Source: Selaginella moellendorffii (lineage: Eukaryota; Plantae; Lycopodiophyta). From it: DNA of 64,000 bases. This document shows, one piece after another, positions 13,019-25,199 of the stretch. A program made the translations under genes and the position numbers. The first letter of the stretch is position 1, and every line of letters begins with the position of its first letter. The stretch spans positions 191,261-255,260 of the forward strand of contig NW_003314312.1 of the NCBI RefSeq assembly GCF_000143415.4, in the 5' to 3' direction. The notes under the pieces are model-generated. The model did not search any database. It was given only the letters and a program-made list of their open reading frames with translations, and was not told the DNA's origin.

Positions 13019-16000
13019 TCAAGAACGAGTGGAACGAGGATGTGAACCAGAATGAAGAGGAGGATGAGATGAGCGGCGAGGGATGGGAGATGGAGAAAAA
13101 GAATGAGGACTGGGACGAGAAGGATAGCGGCGGTGGAAGTCCTGAACAAGGTCAGGAGAATGAAGCAGGTTGTCTGCAGGTTCCCAAGTGCGTTCCTTAG
13201 GTCCGTAACCTTTCCAGTCCACCAGATAGTAGAGTTTAGACCGTGAAATCTTGGAATCAAGGATGTCCTGAACCTCGTACTCAGACCCATCCTCGAGCTG
13301 CACTGGTGGAGGCGGAGGAATGACCCGATTTGGAACAGGACTGGGAATATAAGGCTCAAGGAGAGAGGAGTGAAAAACGGGGTGAATTTGATATGAGGAG
13401 GGAAGTGCAAGGCGATAAGTGACAGGATTAATGATGGCAGTGATAGGGAAAGGACCAAGGCGTTTGAAATCGAGTTTTGGACAGGGCCTGGTGGTGGAGA
13501 TATTTCGCCTGAGGAGCCAGACTTTATCCCCGATATTGTAAGGGGGACAATCCTGACGATGGACATTGGCAAATGTTTTATGAAATTCCTGAGCACGATG
13601 GAGGTGGAAGGAGATGGAGTTGTGGATTTCCTAGAGGTTGGAGATAAATGCCTCAGAGCGGGGATTTGAACGAGAGGATTCAGATGGAGAAGGAAGTGAG
13701 AGATTGAATCGGGGATTTCGGCCAGAGTTCGCAAAGAAGGGGGAAACTCGAAGAGAGGAGTGAACAGAGTTGTTATAGGAGAACTCAGCAAGGGGAAGGA
13801 TATCGAACCAGTTATCCTGATGATAGTTGATGAAGCACCTCAAGAATTGTTCCAACGTCTGAATCGTTCGTTCGGACTGCCCATCAGTTTGAGGATGATA
13901 TGCCGAAGAGAGGTTGGCCTTCACTCCAAGCAGCTGCAAAAACTGTTGCCAGAAATGAGAGATGAACTGAGGCCCCCGATCCGAAGCCACATTTGTAGGA
14001 ATCCCATGAAGTCGGAAAATTTCCCTAAATACCAGTTTTGCCATGTCCTCGCCCGAAAACTCCTTGGTACATGGCAAGAAGTGCGCCATCTTTGTGAAGC
14101 GATCCACCACGACTAAAATGCTGTTGAAGCCTCCAGAACTCGGAAGATCACTCAAGAAATCCATGGAGATGGATTCCCAAGGACCTGAAGGGACCGGAAG
14201 GGAACGAAGCAAACCTGAAGGAAGGTGGCGAGGTACCTTATTCCGGGCACAAGTGTCACAGGAGGTAACAAAAGCTTTGATGTAGTCGTCCATGTGAGGC
14301 CACCAAAAGTCCCGTGCAACTAGCTCATAGGTTTTCGCAATGCCGAAGTGACCAGCAGTCGGGCTATCGTGGCACGCCATCAAGACCAACCTTCGAGCAT
14401 CACCTTCAGGAACGTAAAGCTGCTCCCCACGGTACAATAAGCCATCTAAGAACTCGAACTCGTCAAATCGCCGGCAGTCAGGAGTCACTGGGTGTCCAGC
14501 CTGAAGATGGGGGAAAATGTCGCTAGCGAGATCATCGGATTGAAGATCGTTTCTAATTGCATCCATCAAGGAGGAGTCCTGAGGGGCCAGGGAAATTGCC
14601 ATAACTTGAAGCCGATCAGGACCGAGGATAACTTGATCCTGTTGATCGAAGGCAGGATTACCAGGCCTAAGACTGAGATAGGAGCGCCTTGAAAGAGCAT
14701 CAGGAAGGCCTTGAAACTTTCCAGGTCTGTACTTGATAACAAAGTCAAACCGACTCAAGAATTGTGCCCACCTTGCTTGACGACGGCTTAAAACTCGGGA
14801 AGTGGCAAAGTACTCGAGATTTTTGTGATCCGTCCAGACTGTTGTTTGATGGCTCGCCCCCTCCAAGAAACGGCGCCACTCTCCAAAGGAATCCACGATG
14901 GCAAGGAGCTCCTTGTCGTGGATTTCGTAATTGATCTCCGCAGGCTGGAATTTCTGAGAATGGAAAGCGACCGGATGAAGTTCGTGATCCGCTCCGAGTT
15001 GAGACAGCACAGCACCAATGGCAAAGTCGGAGGCGTCAGCCTCGATGAAGAAAGGTTGTGAAGAATCAGCATGGATCAAGACAGGAGCAGAACTGAAGGC
15101 CGCCTTGAGTGTGTCGAAGGCCTGCTGGGCAACAGCAGACCAAGAGAAGGGAACATCCTTGCGAGTGAGATGTGTGAGAGGAAGGACAATGTCAGAGTAG
15201 TGATCAATGAATTTGCGGTAGAAGTTGGCGAAGCCAAGGAAAACCTAAACGTCCGACAATAATTGTGGAGGCTCCCATTCGAGAATAGTCTTGACTTTGG
15301 CAGGATCCATCGTGATACCCTCAGGAGTGACAATGTACCCAAGGAACTCCACAGACTGCTGATCAAAGGAACATTTCTCAAGCTTCGCGTATAGGCTGTG
15401 TTCTCGCAGCTTCGCTAGCACCTTGCAAACATGTTCGTCATGCTCCTCCTGAGTTTTTGAGTAGATGAGGATGTCATCGAGATAGACGATCACCATCTAA
15501 TCAAGAAACTCCCGAAAGACGTCATTCGCCATGTGTTGGAAAACTGCTGGAGCATTTGTCAAGCCAAATGGCATGACAGTGTACTCGAAGTGGCCATAGC
15601 GGGTTCAAAACGCAGTCTTCCATTCATCCCCAGGCCGGATCTGGATCAGGTTGTATGCTCCACGGAGGTCGATCTTGGTGAAGAAGCGGGCACCGCCGAG
15701 GCGTTCCAACAGGTCCGAGATTAGGGGCAGCGGATAATGGTTCCGAACAGTCACCTTGTTCAAACCTCGGTAGTCGATGACTAGCCGCAAGCTCCCATCC
15801 TTCTTCTTGACAAAGAAGACAGGCGCTCCAGCCGGGGACTGCGAATGCTGAATGTAGCCCGAGGCAAGGTTCTCATTCACGTATTCTTTGAGGGCCTTAA
15901 GCTTGGACGGAGATAACCCATAGATAGGCCCCCACGGAGGTGACGCTCCTTCCTGTAAATCAATGGGACAATCATAAAGCCGATGAACAGGCAGTACACT

Positions 16001-16774
16001 AGCTTTTTTCTTGTCAAACACATCCCCAAAATCATGATACTTCTCAGGAAGACTGACAAGAGAAACATGCAAAGCAAAAAGAAAAAGAGGTTCTTCATGA
16101 AGGAGTTCTTTCATAGTGATTGTGGAGATAGGAGGCGTACGACTAAATGGAATGATGAGACGAGGATACGGTCCAGTGTAAGATGGAAGAGAGGAAAAAG
16201 AAGAGGGTGAAAACTTTATAGAGTCAGGAATAGAACCCCGATTTGAGTTTAGGGAACTTTTCCTGATTCGGACTCGATGAACAGCAGGGGAAGCCGTGGG
16301 AGAGATGAGCTGTAATTCCTTCCAACAGATCTGAGGCTGATGTAGTTGGAACCAAGGAAGACCGAGCACCACAGAGGAGGACTTGCTGTTGATGATGTTG
16401 AAGGCGATATCGGTGACGGTGGACCCGATGTGTACTCGAACGGGCAACGTTTCCCTAAGTCCAGAAGATGGAGACACAAAATGCCCACCGATGCCTTCAA
16501 CCCTCAAATCCCGTATGGTAGGAGAAAGAGGAACGTGATGTCGGGTAGCAAAGTCCGTGTCCATGAAGCAGGAAGTTGCACCCGAGTCCAGTAATGCCAG
16601 AGCCTTGAGTCTTGATTGTCCGGTGAAAGAAAGGAGACATGGGACGCGGAAGTTGCGGGAATTGGTGGTGGCTTTGATGAAAGGTGGTGAGGAGCTTGAT
16701 AAAGAAGAAAAGTGATTTTTATTCGGGGAGTCCAAACAGACAGCTCCTACTCTGTTTGGACAGGGTCGTTTCCC
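13019..16774 (-). pseudogene. pol: pol of element D (protease, RT, RNase H, integrase, chromodomain), disrupted by stops and frameshifts
   Basis: ALLDSGAT protease; [22 protein letters not shown] and [10 protein letters not shown] for RT; DASDFAIGAVL for RNase H; HHCC and SDRGPQF for integrase; YEVQDILDS...YYLVDWKGYGPKERTWEP chromodomain. In-frame TGA at 15605 and further breaks near 15500, 15245 and 13631. Confidence 0.93.
16690..16774 (-). promoter_or_regulatory. Programmed -1 ribosomal frameshift signal (slippery heptamer plus pseudoknot)
   Basis: G_GGA_AAC at 16774-16768 in the gag frame; 6-nt spacer; 11-bp stem GTCCAAACAGA/TCTGTTTGGAC; loop AGGAGCT complementary to downstream AGCTCCT at 16696-16690. 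pol lies in the -1 frame. Confidence 0.8.
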
Positions 16775-17718
16775 GACTGCAATAGAGGTGGACTTTGAGG
16801 CAGAGTGAACTCGAGCAATCGAGGAGGCTTCTTGGGACATACAACTGCTTTGTGATTAGGATCAGCACAATAGAGGCAAAGATTATGAGATATTCGACGT
16901 TGCCTCTCAGCAGGACTCAACTTCCCTCTAATGAGTCGGGGAGTACCAGAAATATCCATCGGAACCGGAGCAGTAGGTTCAGGAGTATGCCCCGAAGACT
17001 GAAGCTGGGATTCCTGAGTCTGGGATGGAAAAACAGCGGCGCGACGACTTTCCTGACGACGTTCAAAGAGACGATTGTCACATCGAACAGCTTTGTTGAT
17101 GGCATCCGACAGGTCCTTGGGATCCTCCATGGTGAGCAACAAATCCTTGACACCGTTGTTGAGGCCGAAACGAAATTGGTCAATCAGGGCCCGCTCATCC
17201 CACTGAGTGTCCAAAGCAAGGAGTTGGAACTCTGCAGCGTAGATCGAGGCAGGACAAGACCCCTGAGAGAGACGTCTCATCTTTGTGGTAGCAGCCCGAA
17301 CCCGATCCGTCTCGCCAAAACATGCTTCGAGCTTCTCTTTGAACAATTGAAGATCCATCAGCTCTGGAACCACGACCCCTTTCATGCTCTTCTCCAGAAG
17401 AGGAGAAAACCATGACAAAGCTGCACCTTCGAGCAACGTCCCAATCGCGCCGATTTGAGACTCGGGAGTAGGGTACCGCCGATGTTGAAGTGCAAAGATC
17501 AACTCCATCTGGTTCAGGAATCCGCGAAGCTCCGAACGCTTGCCTGAAAATTTCACCGGGAAGCTCACCTTCGGTTCAAGAACTTTGCTGGATCCTTGAG
17601 CCGAAAGTGAAGCAAGCTCCTGCTGCATGCGAAGAAGGGTCGCCTTCAGCTCGGTATTCTCAGACTGGATTTTTGCAAGGACTTCAGCAAAGAAATCAGG
17701 ATGGCTTGGAGACTCCAT
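16747..17718 (-). CDS. gag: gag of element D (retrotransposon Gag with CCHC zinc knuckle)
   Basis: Open ORF from ATG 17718 (MESPSHPD). Contains [32 protein letters not shown] and [14 protein letters not shown]. Confidence 0.92.
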   Translation of the reverse strand: MESPSHPDFFAEVLAKIQSENTELKATLLRMQQELASLSAQGSSKVLEPKVSFPVKFSGKRSELRGFLNQMELIFALQHRRYPTPESQIGAIGTLLEGAALSWFSPLLEKSMKGVVVPELMDLQLFKEKLEACFGETDRVRAATTKMRRLSQGSCPASIYAAEFQLLALDTQWDERALIDQFRFGLNNGVKDLLLTMEDPKDLSDAINKAVRCDNRLFERRQESRRAAVFPSQTQESQLQSSGHTPEPTAPVPMDISGTPRLIRGKLSPAERQRRISHNLCLYCADPNHKAVVCPKKPPRLLEFTLPQSPPLLQSGNDPVQTE

Positions 17719-17800
17719 TGGCAAGAAGAAAGGAAAAAGGGGGAAAAAAAGGCAAAGGTAATCAAACAATCAAAACGAGCTAAATCAAAAAACGAAAAAA

Positions 17801-17815
17801 CACAATCTGAATCAA
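17801..17815 (-). promoter_or_regulatory. Self-priming primer-binding site of element D
   Basis: No tRNA-type TGG PBS. These 15 nt are a perfect inverted repeat of LTR positions 17908-17922, which begin 30 nt downstream of the start of a TATATATA box at 17952-17945. Confidence 0.8.
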
Positions 17816-17817
17816 AC

Positions 17818-18204
17818 TGTCAAGACCCCTGACAAGATCAAGATTGGAAAATGCAAAAAGACAAAAAGAAAAGCTAGTGGAAACAAAGAAGAGGCCTTAA
17901 AGTAGCGTTGATTCAGATTGTGGAGAAATGGAATAAGGCTAACCTATATATACTATAGGTTGATGAAGCTCCACCACTCTTGGATCGATGACGGCCTAAA
18001 TATAACTGAGGTCGAGGAGGTGCCACATCATCATCAGGAATGTGGCTCGAGACTCAGGAATCGGGAAGTGTCTCGAGAGTCAGGAATAGGAAAGTGTCTC
18101 GAGAGTCAGGAATAGGGAAGTGTCTCGAGAGTCAGGAATGTGGTCTGCAGGTCAGGAATCCGGCGAGAGTCAGGAATGTGGCAAGAATTGGGGGATTCCT
18201 GACA
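17818..18204 (-). repeat. 5' LTR of element D
   Basis: Direct repeat of 12621-13007, followed by TSD ATATA. Confidence 0.95.
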
Positions 18205-18209
18205 ATATA

Positions 18210-18915
18210 GATGGATAGCTAACACTTTATTGCTCGTGTACTAAGTAGTTGAATCTAAGTAGGTCTAAGTAAGAGTTAATATGATAGGTGTGAACCTTAA
18301 CTTAACTAAGGCTAAAGTAAAAGTGGTCAAATAAATGATTATATCAAGCTTGTAAACTTAGGCTCAAGGTGAGGTAAGACCCGACCAACTACAAAGAAGC
18401 ACTAAATGCAATATCAAGATTGCATTTCAATAATAACCTAGTATGAGGCCAAACTAAGAGGGATATATGGAAAAAAGAAATTTAGGGAAAGTTTCTTTAA
18501 GAATGAATCCTTAGGGTTTCAAAATGGCAAATCTAATTACTAAAAAGCAAGTATGTGGAGGAGTCAGGCAAAACAAGACAAACCCACTGATAAAAGAACT
18601 AAGTCTGTTAGTAGTATAGAGAATAATATATACTACAATTGCAGTGAAGTGGGACACTTTTGTCCCTACCCGAAGAAGGTCAAAGTCAATATATGCATTA
18701 AATCAAATGAAGTTTAAATTAAAGTATATGATCCAATCCCTAGCTCAAAGTTACTCATCAAAAGAGTAACTTTAGTAAAGAGTTGTTTGTGACATAACTT
18801 AACCCTCCTAAGGAAGCTCAGAAGTAACTTTATTAAAATCCTTATTGACATAGATGTTTCAAATAATTTTATAGTTGTCTAATAAGCTAGATTAATAATG
18901 CAGTGGTTGGGAGAA
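18210..18915 (+). mobile_element. Decayed gag/protease remnant of an older LTR element interrupted by element D
   Basis: tactacaattgcagtgaagtgggacacttt translates to YYNCSEVGHF (zinc knuckle). attgacatagatgtttcaaataatttt resembles a decayed protease active site. Confidence 0.5.
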
Positions 18916-19860
18916 TGTAGCACATGTGATTTTCACCCTTTTATCCTATAGTGATTTACTATAGGATAACCACGAAGCAAAACCTAAACCCTCTGTGTCC
19001 AAAGGACAATAGAGTGGAACCTAAATTTTAGGATCTTGGGCCACTAAATGAAGGAACAAACCCAAACTCCTAAGCATGGAGCCAAGGAGCGAAAGTACTA
19101 AAGCATGAAGCAATTCTCTAGCATATAGTCCAAGGAGCAAAAGGATAAAAGTATAGAGCAATTTGGAACAATCCTAGAACATCTAGCATCTCAATGCCAA
19201 GACTAGTATACAAAATAAAGCTAAACAAAGTCTAGTGCTATTTTAGCATATTGGTGGCCTAACGTGAGGATATATGTACTCCACTAGCAAATATGGTGTA
19301 GAACTTGGGCTTAGACACAAAAACAAAAGTTAAACTATACTTTAGATTAGTTAGCCATACCTACCCACTATCCCTACTACTCCCCCATATCCCCCCCCTA
19401 AGGAACACAAGCTTTGGGGTTTCACCCTTAGCCATCCTTACTACCAGAAGTTAGTCTCTAGGATTAACTTAAAACTTATTAATAATAAAAAGGCATTAGA
19501 TTGCAAATTTGGACGCAAGACCAACACTATAGTATTCAGGACAATCTTTACATTGTGTATGCCAAATTAACAAATCTAGACACTTTTTATAAATAGCAAT
19601 TAAGATCAAATGGAACTAACACAAGATGCATGATAGCAAGAGTGTTTGGTAGACACGGTAAATTATCATTTGGCAAATATTGAAGGACTAAACTCAATAT
19701 TGTGGGGGTTCCCAACACTAGCAAGTACAAGTCAACAATATAAATTTTTCATCACTGTGTCAAGTATGTTTGACTAAATGACAATTTAGGATTTCTTTCC
19801 TTAATGCCCTTCTGGTCTAAGTGCATATGATGACCAATTTCTCAACTAGCTTAGGAGAAG
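18916..19860 (-). mobile_element. B-family LTR, truncated
   Basis: Begins TGTAGCACATGTG and is colinear with 9763-10720. Confidence 0.8.
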
Positions 19861-21047
19861 ATTTGGAGAGAGACTTATGTGGGATTTAAAACACAAGCCC
19901 TTTTAGAAATAAGAGGTTGTAGAGAGACTGCTTCATTTAAACACTGAGCTTTTCTACATATTAAATAACAATAAGTATATTTATTGGTTATAATTGATAA
20001 TATTATATTTGTACCACTACAAGCTCATCTTCTATGGACAAGTTGCTATTTCTATTAGCTGCCTCCATGCAACATGTCAATATTAGTACATACATTGGGC
20101 CCATTTATGAGTAAATCATCAGTAAATCATGCACATATCACGAGATAATCTGTGGTGTTCCATTACAAGTAACATTTTCAAAGCCAATGGCCACTTTCAA
20201 TGGATTAAATTATTGATTTGCAGTTGCTATCTAGAGCTTAATCAAAAGTAAGTAAGTTTTGCTCTGCACCTTATGGATGTTGAACATAAAGTACATTAAC
20301 CACCAATAGCATGGAATCCTTGTCTAAAAAATCTATAGATACTAGAACAATAGGTTTGTCAAAAATATGATAAAAAAGTGAAGAAAGAAGAAGATTTAAA
20401 AAAAAAGCATCAGCATCAGTTATAATACTCCCTAGGCAATGAATAACATCAAAATTCATATATTTAAAGCTTCAAAGCCCACTAAACAATACAACCAACC
20501 AAGTTCTTCTACTTCAATAATGAAGTAATTGCAACATATTCATCTTTTAATAATGTTTGAAAACCATATACATATGCATAAGTTTCTCAAAACCCTAAAC
20601 TTCTGTTAAACATTCCTTCTCTGTTGTGGAGTAACTCACCTCTACTAATTGTAATATATGGCTGATATATGCAATAAAATGGCATTGACTAGGCTCAAAC
20701 ACATCTCCAAAACCGATATCAGAAGCATCCATATGCAAAATAAAAAGTCAAGTGTAGTTAGAATATGCAAAAATTAGAGGAGCCATCAATAACTCTTTAA
20801 GATCTGTAAACACCCACTCATAATCCACAGATTAAATGAAAGATGACATTAATGATTTTCAATAACAATTGCAACGGTGCAATATGATTAGAAAAATTAT
20901 TAACAAAATGACCAAGATATTCCACCATACTTAGGAAACACTGCATATCATTCACACACTTTGAAGTAGAGAATTTAGAATAACCACAAGTTTGTCAAAA
21001 TTAACTTGCAATCCCTTGTAAAAAATATAGTACCTAAGATAAGTCGT

Positions 21048-21965
21048 TGTCACGAATGTGACTTCGGGTATCGAAAGATACTTGTCGGCTAGTCCTTACG
21101 GACACTCTTTCCTTACTGCCACGACGGCAAGAGGTCGGTACTGTTGGTTCCCTTTATTAGCCCCTCTTGTCCAAGTGTTAGTAAATTGGACTTAGCATTT
21201 GTACTTGGCCGGATGAGCATAAGGAAGGAATTTCTAAGTGTCTATTTAGCCAAGCATACTTGGCCCGGCTTGTTAGTTCTCTTTTGCTCTGTCTTGCACT
21301 GGCTTGACAAGAACCCTCACGTATTGAGATTAGTCCCTCAATATCACTGGATGATAGCTTACCGTGTCTGCCAAACACCCTCGCTATCACACCCTTTGTA
21401 TTAACCTCATTTCGGTCCCAAATACTATTTATGGAAAGTGTCTAGATTTGCTCATTTGGCATGTCTACAAAATGTAGAGGTCGGCCTAAACACAATGGTG
21501 TTCGTCCCGTATCCAAATTCGCAATCTAAGGCCATTCCATATTTAGTAAGTTTTGGACTTATCCTAGAGATTAACTCCTGGTACTAAGGGAGGCTTGGGG
21601 TGAAAGCCCAAAACATGTGTCCCTTAGGGGGGGGGGGCTGTGGGGGGTTCCAAATGTATAGTAGGGATAGTGGTTGGAATAGATGTCCGACCACCTGAGA
21701 TATTAGTTTGGCTCCTACTGGGTTGTGTCGCTCCTTGTTTTGCGTCCGGCTTGGGTCTAAACCCAAACTCCACGCTGCTCTAGTCGGTGGAGTACCCTCC
21801 TCCTTGCATTAGGCCACCAATATGCCAAAATAGTGCCAGACTCCGTCTGACACCATTTTACGTGCAAGTGCTGGATATGGGGAGCTGGTGCTCGTGGGAT
21901 TGTACCGGACCCTCGTTCGTAGCGCAACGGGCTTGGAGTTCGGCTCCAAATTCATGTGCGCTACA
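21048..21965 (+). mobile_element. Solo LTR, family B (best-preserved copy)
   Basis: TGTCACGAATGTG...CATGTGCGCTACA with perfect 5-bp TSD GTCGT at 21043-21047 and 21966-21970. Splits the RT frame of family A copy 1. Confidence 0.92.
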
Positions 21966-23370
21966 GTCGTGTCTTTAGACCCAAACACACATTTCAACCC
22001 TTTCAACTTTAAACCAACTTCCCATACCTGATCAAACACGTTAAGAATATCATGGATATGTTCTTCCCACGTCCTTTTTGAGTGGACCAAGACAGCATCG
22101 ATAAAGTCAGCAATCACTTCTAGCATGTTGCAAAAAATTTCATCCATCATTTATTGGAAAGTTGTTGGGGCATTATTCAAACCAAACGACATCATAAAAC
22201 ATTTATATAAACCAAATGGTGTATAAAAAACAATTTTAAAAATATCTTCCTTAGCTATTGGCATTTGTCAATACCCAGAAACAAAATCTAACTTGATGAG
22301 CTAATGACTTCTCTCCAAACAATACAAAAGATTAGCATTGTGAGGAAGAAGGTACATATCTAGGATTGTCACTTTGTTTAATGACTGATAGTTAATATGG
22401 AAACAAATACTTCCATCAAACTTTGTCATAAGATGAATTTCACATGCTCAAGGATTTTGTGACTTTTGAATAACATCTTTTTGACATTTGCATGTAAAAT
22501 TTTGATTTCTTTTGGTGACCAACAATAAATAAACACCTTGATTGAACAAGCAGCCCTTGTTAGAATAAGATGACATGTTACAATCTTGGCCTCAAAAGAT
22601 ATGTCAAATTCAAAAAGATCGATATACTCCTTTATAAGCTAGTCAAATGCTGCAACACAAAGACCATTAGAGGGATCGGAAGAGGGAATAAAAGAATAAA
22701 ATGGAAACATATAAAGAAGTAATAGGGAGACAAAAGTGATGGAAGCATAGGTAAAAATAGAGGGACAAAAAGAAACAAAAGTGAGAAGAACAGAAGAAAT
22801 ATAAAGAAGTATGAAACAAAGGGGAAAAGCTTTAAAATCACATTTTACATGATTATGCTGCAACCAATCCATATTAAAGATAAAGTCAAAATTTTGATTT
22901 GGCACCACCCACAATGACTGTAACTCAAGCTCAAGATCACCCATATGCACAATTAGGTCTACTTTATCCCATGCACACACATATGTATAGTTGTTGCCAT
23001 ATAAAATGAAAAGTGGCTCTACTACATGACGCAAATGCAGATGGTAGCATGTGGCAATAGGCCGAGCAATAAAAGATAAAGTTCATATAAACTAATAGAG
23101 AATAATGGGAGGCCTCTTGTTATATTGGAAAGTAAACACTAAATAAACTAGTGTTGAGTGAACTCCTTAATAATAAATACTCTTAAATGAAAGATAGAGG
23201 GTCATTGACTTTTTTGCATAAATACCCTTTACTACTCATACAACTCTTCATTTCCTGGAAGCATCTCAATGTCCAAACCTTTCTACTGCAATAGCATTAA
23301 CAAAACATTATTGACGCCAAGATTTCCACATAGAAAATGAAGGTCATTAATCTAGAAAACACCAACAACA

Positions 23371-23965
23371 TGTAAGCAACCAAAGGGAACGACTCGAGAG
23401 ACAATCCATAAGGGTTCAAATATAAAGGGAAAGGGCCTATGAATAAGAGTGCACCCCCTTTTCCAATTGATTAAGGGTCTTGGGATATTTGGGGTTAAGT
23501 GTCCTTGGGTTTGAATAGTACTGGGTTGGGTGACTTCCTGGGAAGTCCAAACTCAGGAGTTTACATTTGGTATCAGAAGGGTTTCAGGTCCAACTCTGTT
23601 GGTTGGCTAGGGGAATCGCACCACATGTTGATTGATATCTGGCTAGTCTAGTTTGCTCCTGCTGGGCTCGACCTGAGGGGTAGGGTGTCAAGAGAGCAGG
23701 GCTCTCAGGAGAGTTGTGGCTTTTAGTTTCTGTTCACGAGGGTATGAACTTGCAAGGAAGCGTGGTGGATTGTAAGCAACCAAAGGGAATGACTCGAGAG
23801 ACGATCTATAAGGGTTCAAATATAGAAGGAAAGGGCCTATGAATAAGAGTGCACCCCCTTTTTCAATCGGTTAAAGGTCTTGGGATATTTGGGGTTAAGT
23901 GTCCTTGGGTTTGAATAGTACTGGGCTGGGTGACTTCCCGGGAAGTCCAAACTCAGGAGCTTACA
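23371..23965 (+). mobile_element. Cassandra-type TRIM (5S rRNA-like segment in both LTRs)
   Basis: 195-bp LTRs at 23371-23565 and 23771-23965; PBS TGGTATCAGA at 23568-23577 (tRNA-iMet type); 205-bp non-coding interior; TSD CAACA/CAACG. The LTR segment GTTAAGTGTCCTTGGGTTTGAATAGTACTGGGTTGGGTGACTTCCTGGGAAGTCC resembles the plant 5S A-box to C-box region. Confidence 0.9.
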
Positions 23966-25199
23966 CAACGCTGATAGATGTAACCAACTTCATCATAGCC
24001 ATGACCATATCCTCACCCTTGTCCTTGAACTCAGGTAGCAATAGCATCAACCTCCATTAGAATAAGACCATCTTCCATAAGAAGTGGAGCTGAAGGACGT
24101 GTAGTGAGAAGTGAAAGAAGTGATATCTCATAACATTGTGCCAAACAAAGAGTATTATCAAAAGTGGCTAAAGCAAGTGCATGCATTCCAAATATATGTT
24201 TGAAGACATTTGGGAGAATGCTCCAATCCTTACGAGTGGCTGCACTTAAACAATTGTACCATTGCAACACTATCTTTTAGAGACACGTGGGAAATTCGTG
24301 CAAACACCAAACATCATCCCAAGAATGATATGTAGCAATCACTGTAGCAATCACTACGAAGTGGTTGAACAAATAGTACACATCATCCCAAGAATGATAT
24401 GTAACAATCACCATAAAGTGATCAAACCAATTATACACATCATTCATAGGATTCCCACAGAAGAACTTCAGTTGGACTTGAGGATTAGCAACAAGAGCAA
24501 AAAGAGTTGTACCATACATTATGAATGCCATCATCAACTAAGTTTGATTGTTCAACTGAACCCATATAGTATCAAGCAATAAAGAGGAAGCTGCTACTCT
24601 ATCATGAAGATGAATGAAAAGGAAAGAATAAAAAAGAAGTTAAGAAAAGTTATAAAAAAGATCTAAACAATGTAAAAGTTAGATTTAAAGCAAAATCCAA
24701 ATCCAAGCACTCTTCAGGGATAATCAAAATTACCCCTCACCTCAACCAATATGAGTGCATAGAAATGGAATACAAAAATATGTATATCAATTAACCCAAA
24801 AACTCTAATTTATATATAAGAGCAAGTGATCTGGATTGAAACTAATCTGAGAGCTACCAAAATCCCACTATGCTAATATTAGTATAGCATTGTAGCCATA
24901 CACTCTAATATACAAACCTCACAAAATCAACATTAAAAAATATTTTAAAAAATGATTCCCATTCCTTTTGGCATTTCTCTTTTGGCATAAGTACTCTTCA
25001 TTGTCTTTTTACAATATCACAATATCAGCAGACTATGTTACCAAATAATGCACAACTATCTACACAACTCCTGACAAGTCTATGACAATGGATAGAACAA
25101 TGAACAATGATTAGCTACAAGGATTTCAAGGTATGGATTTCACAACATGGCTTTTATCGTAATGCAGTTTGGGTTTTTTCTCATCATTTTACAACTCTC

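Larger units (their letters stand above)
12621..18204 (-). mobile_element. Full-length Ty3/gypsy chromovirus (Tf1/sushi/Tcn1-like), element D
   Basis: 387-bp LTRs at 12621-13007 and 17818-18204 (TG...CA), TSD ATATA, PPT at 13008-13020. Domain order gag-PR-RT-RH-IN-chromodomain. Confidence 0.97.
19860..24902 (-). mobile_element. Decayed Ty3/gypsy element, family A copy 1 (short LTR, gag, PR, RT, RH remnants), hosting a solo LTR and a Cassandra
   Basis: LTR-like end at ~24750-24902 matches 31718-31880. gag remnant FFCGNPMNDVYNWFDHF/LQWYN; RT remnants DFIDAVLVHSKRTWEEH and LKLKGLKCVFGSKDT; RNase H-type motif near 20720. Confidence 0.75.

Noticed and set aside
12973-13791. 272-aa ORF and various + strand ORFs over element D
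   Set aside because: Alternative-frame or antisense shadows of the integrase/pol region; part is the frameshifted pol tail.
23490-23550. 5S rRNA gene
   Set aside because: Only the internal promoter portion is present, diverged, and embedded in TRIM LTRs.
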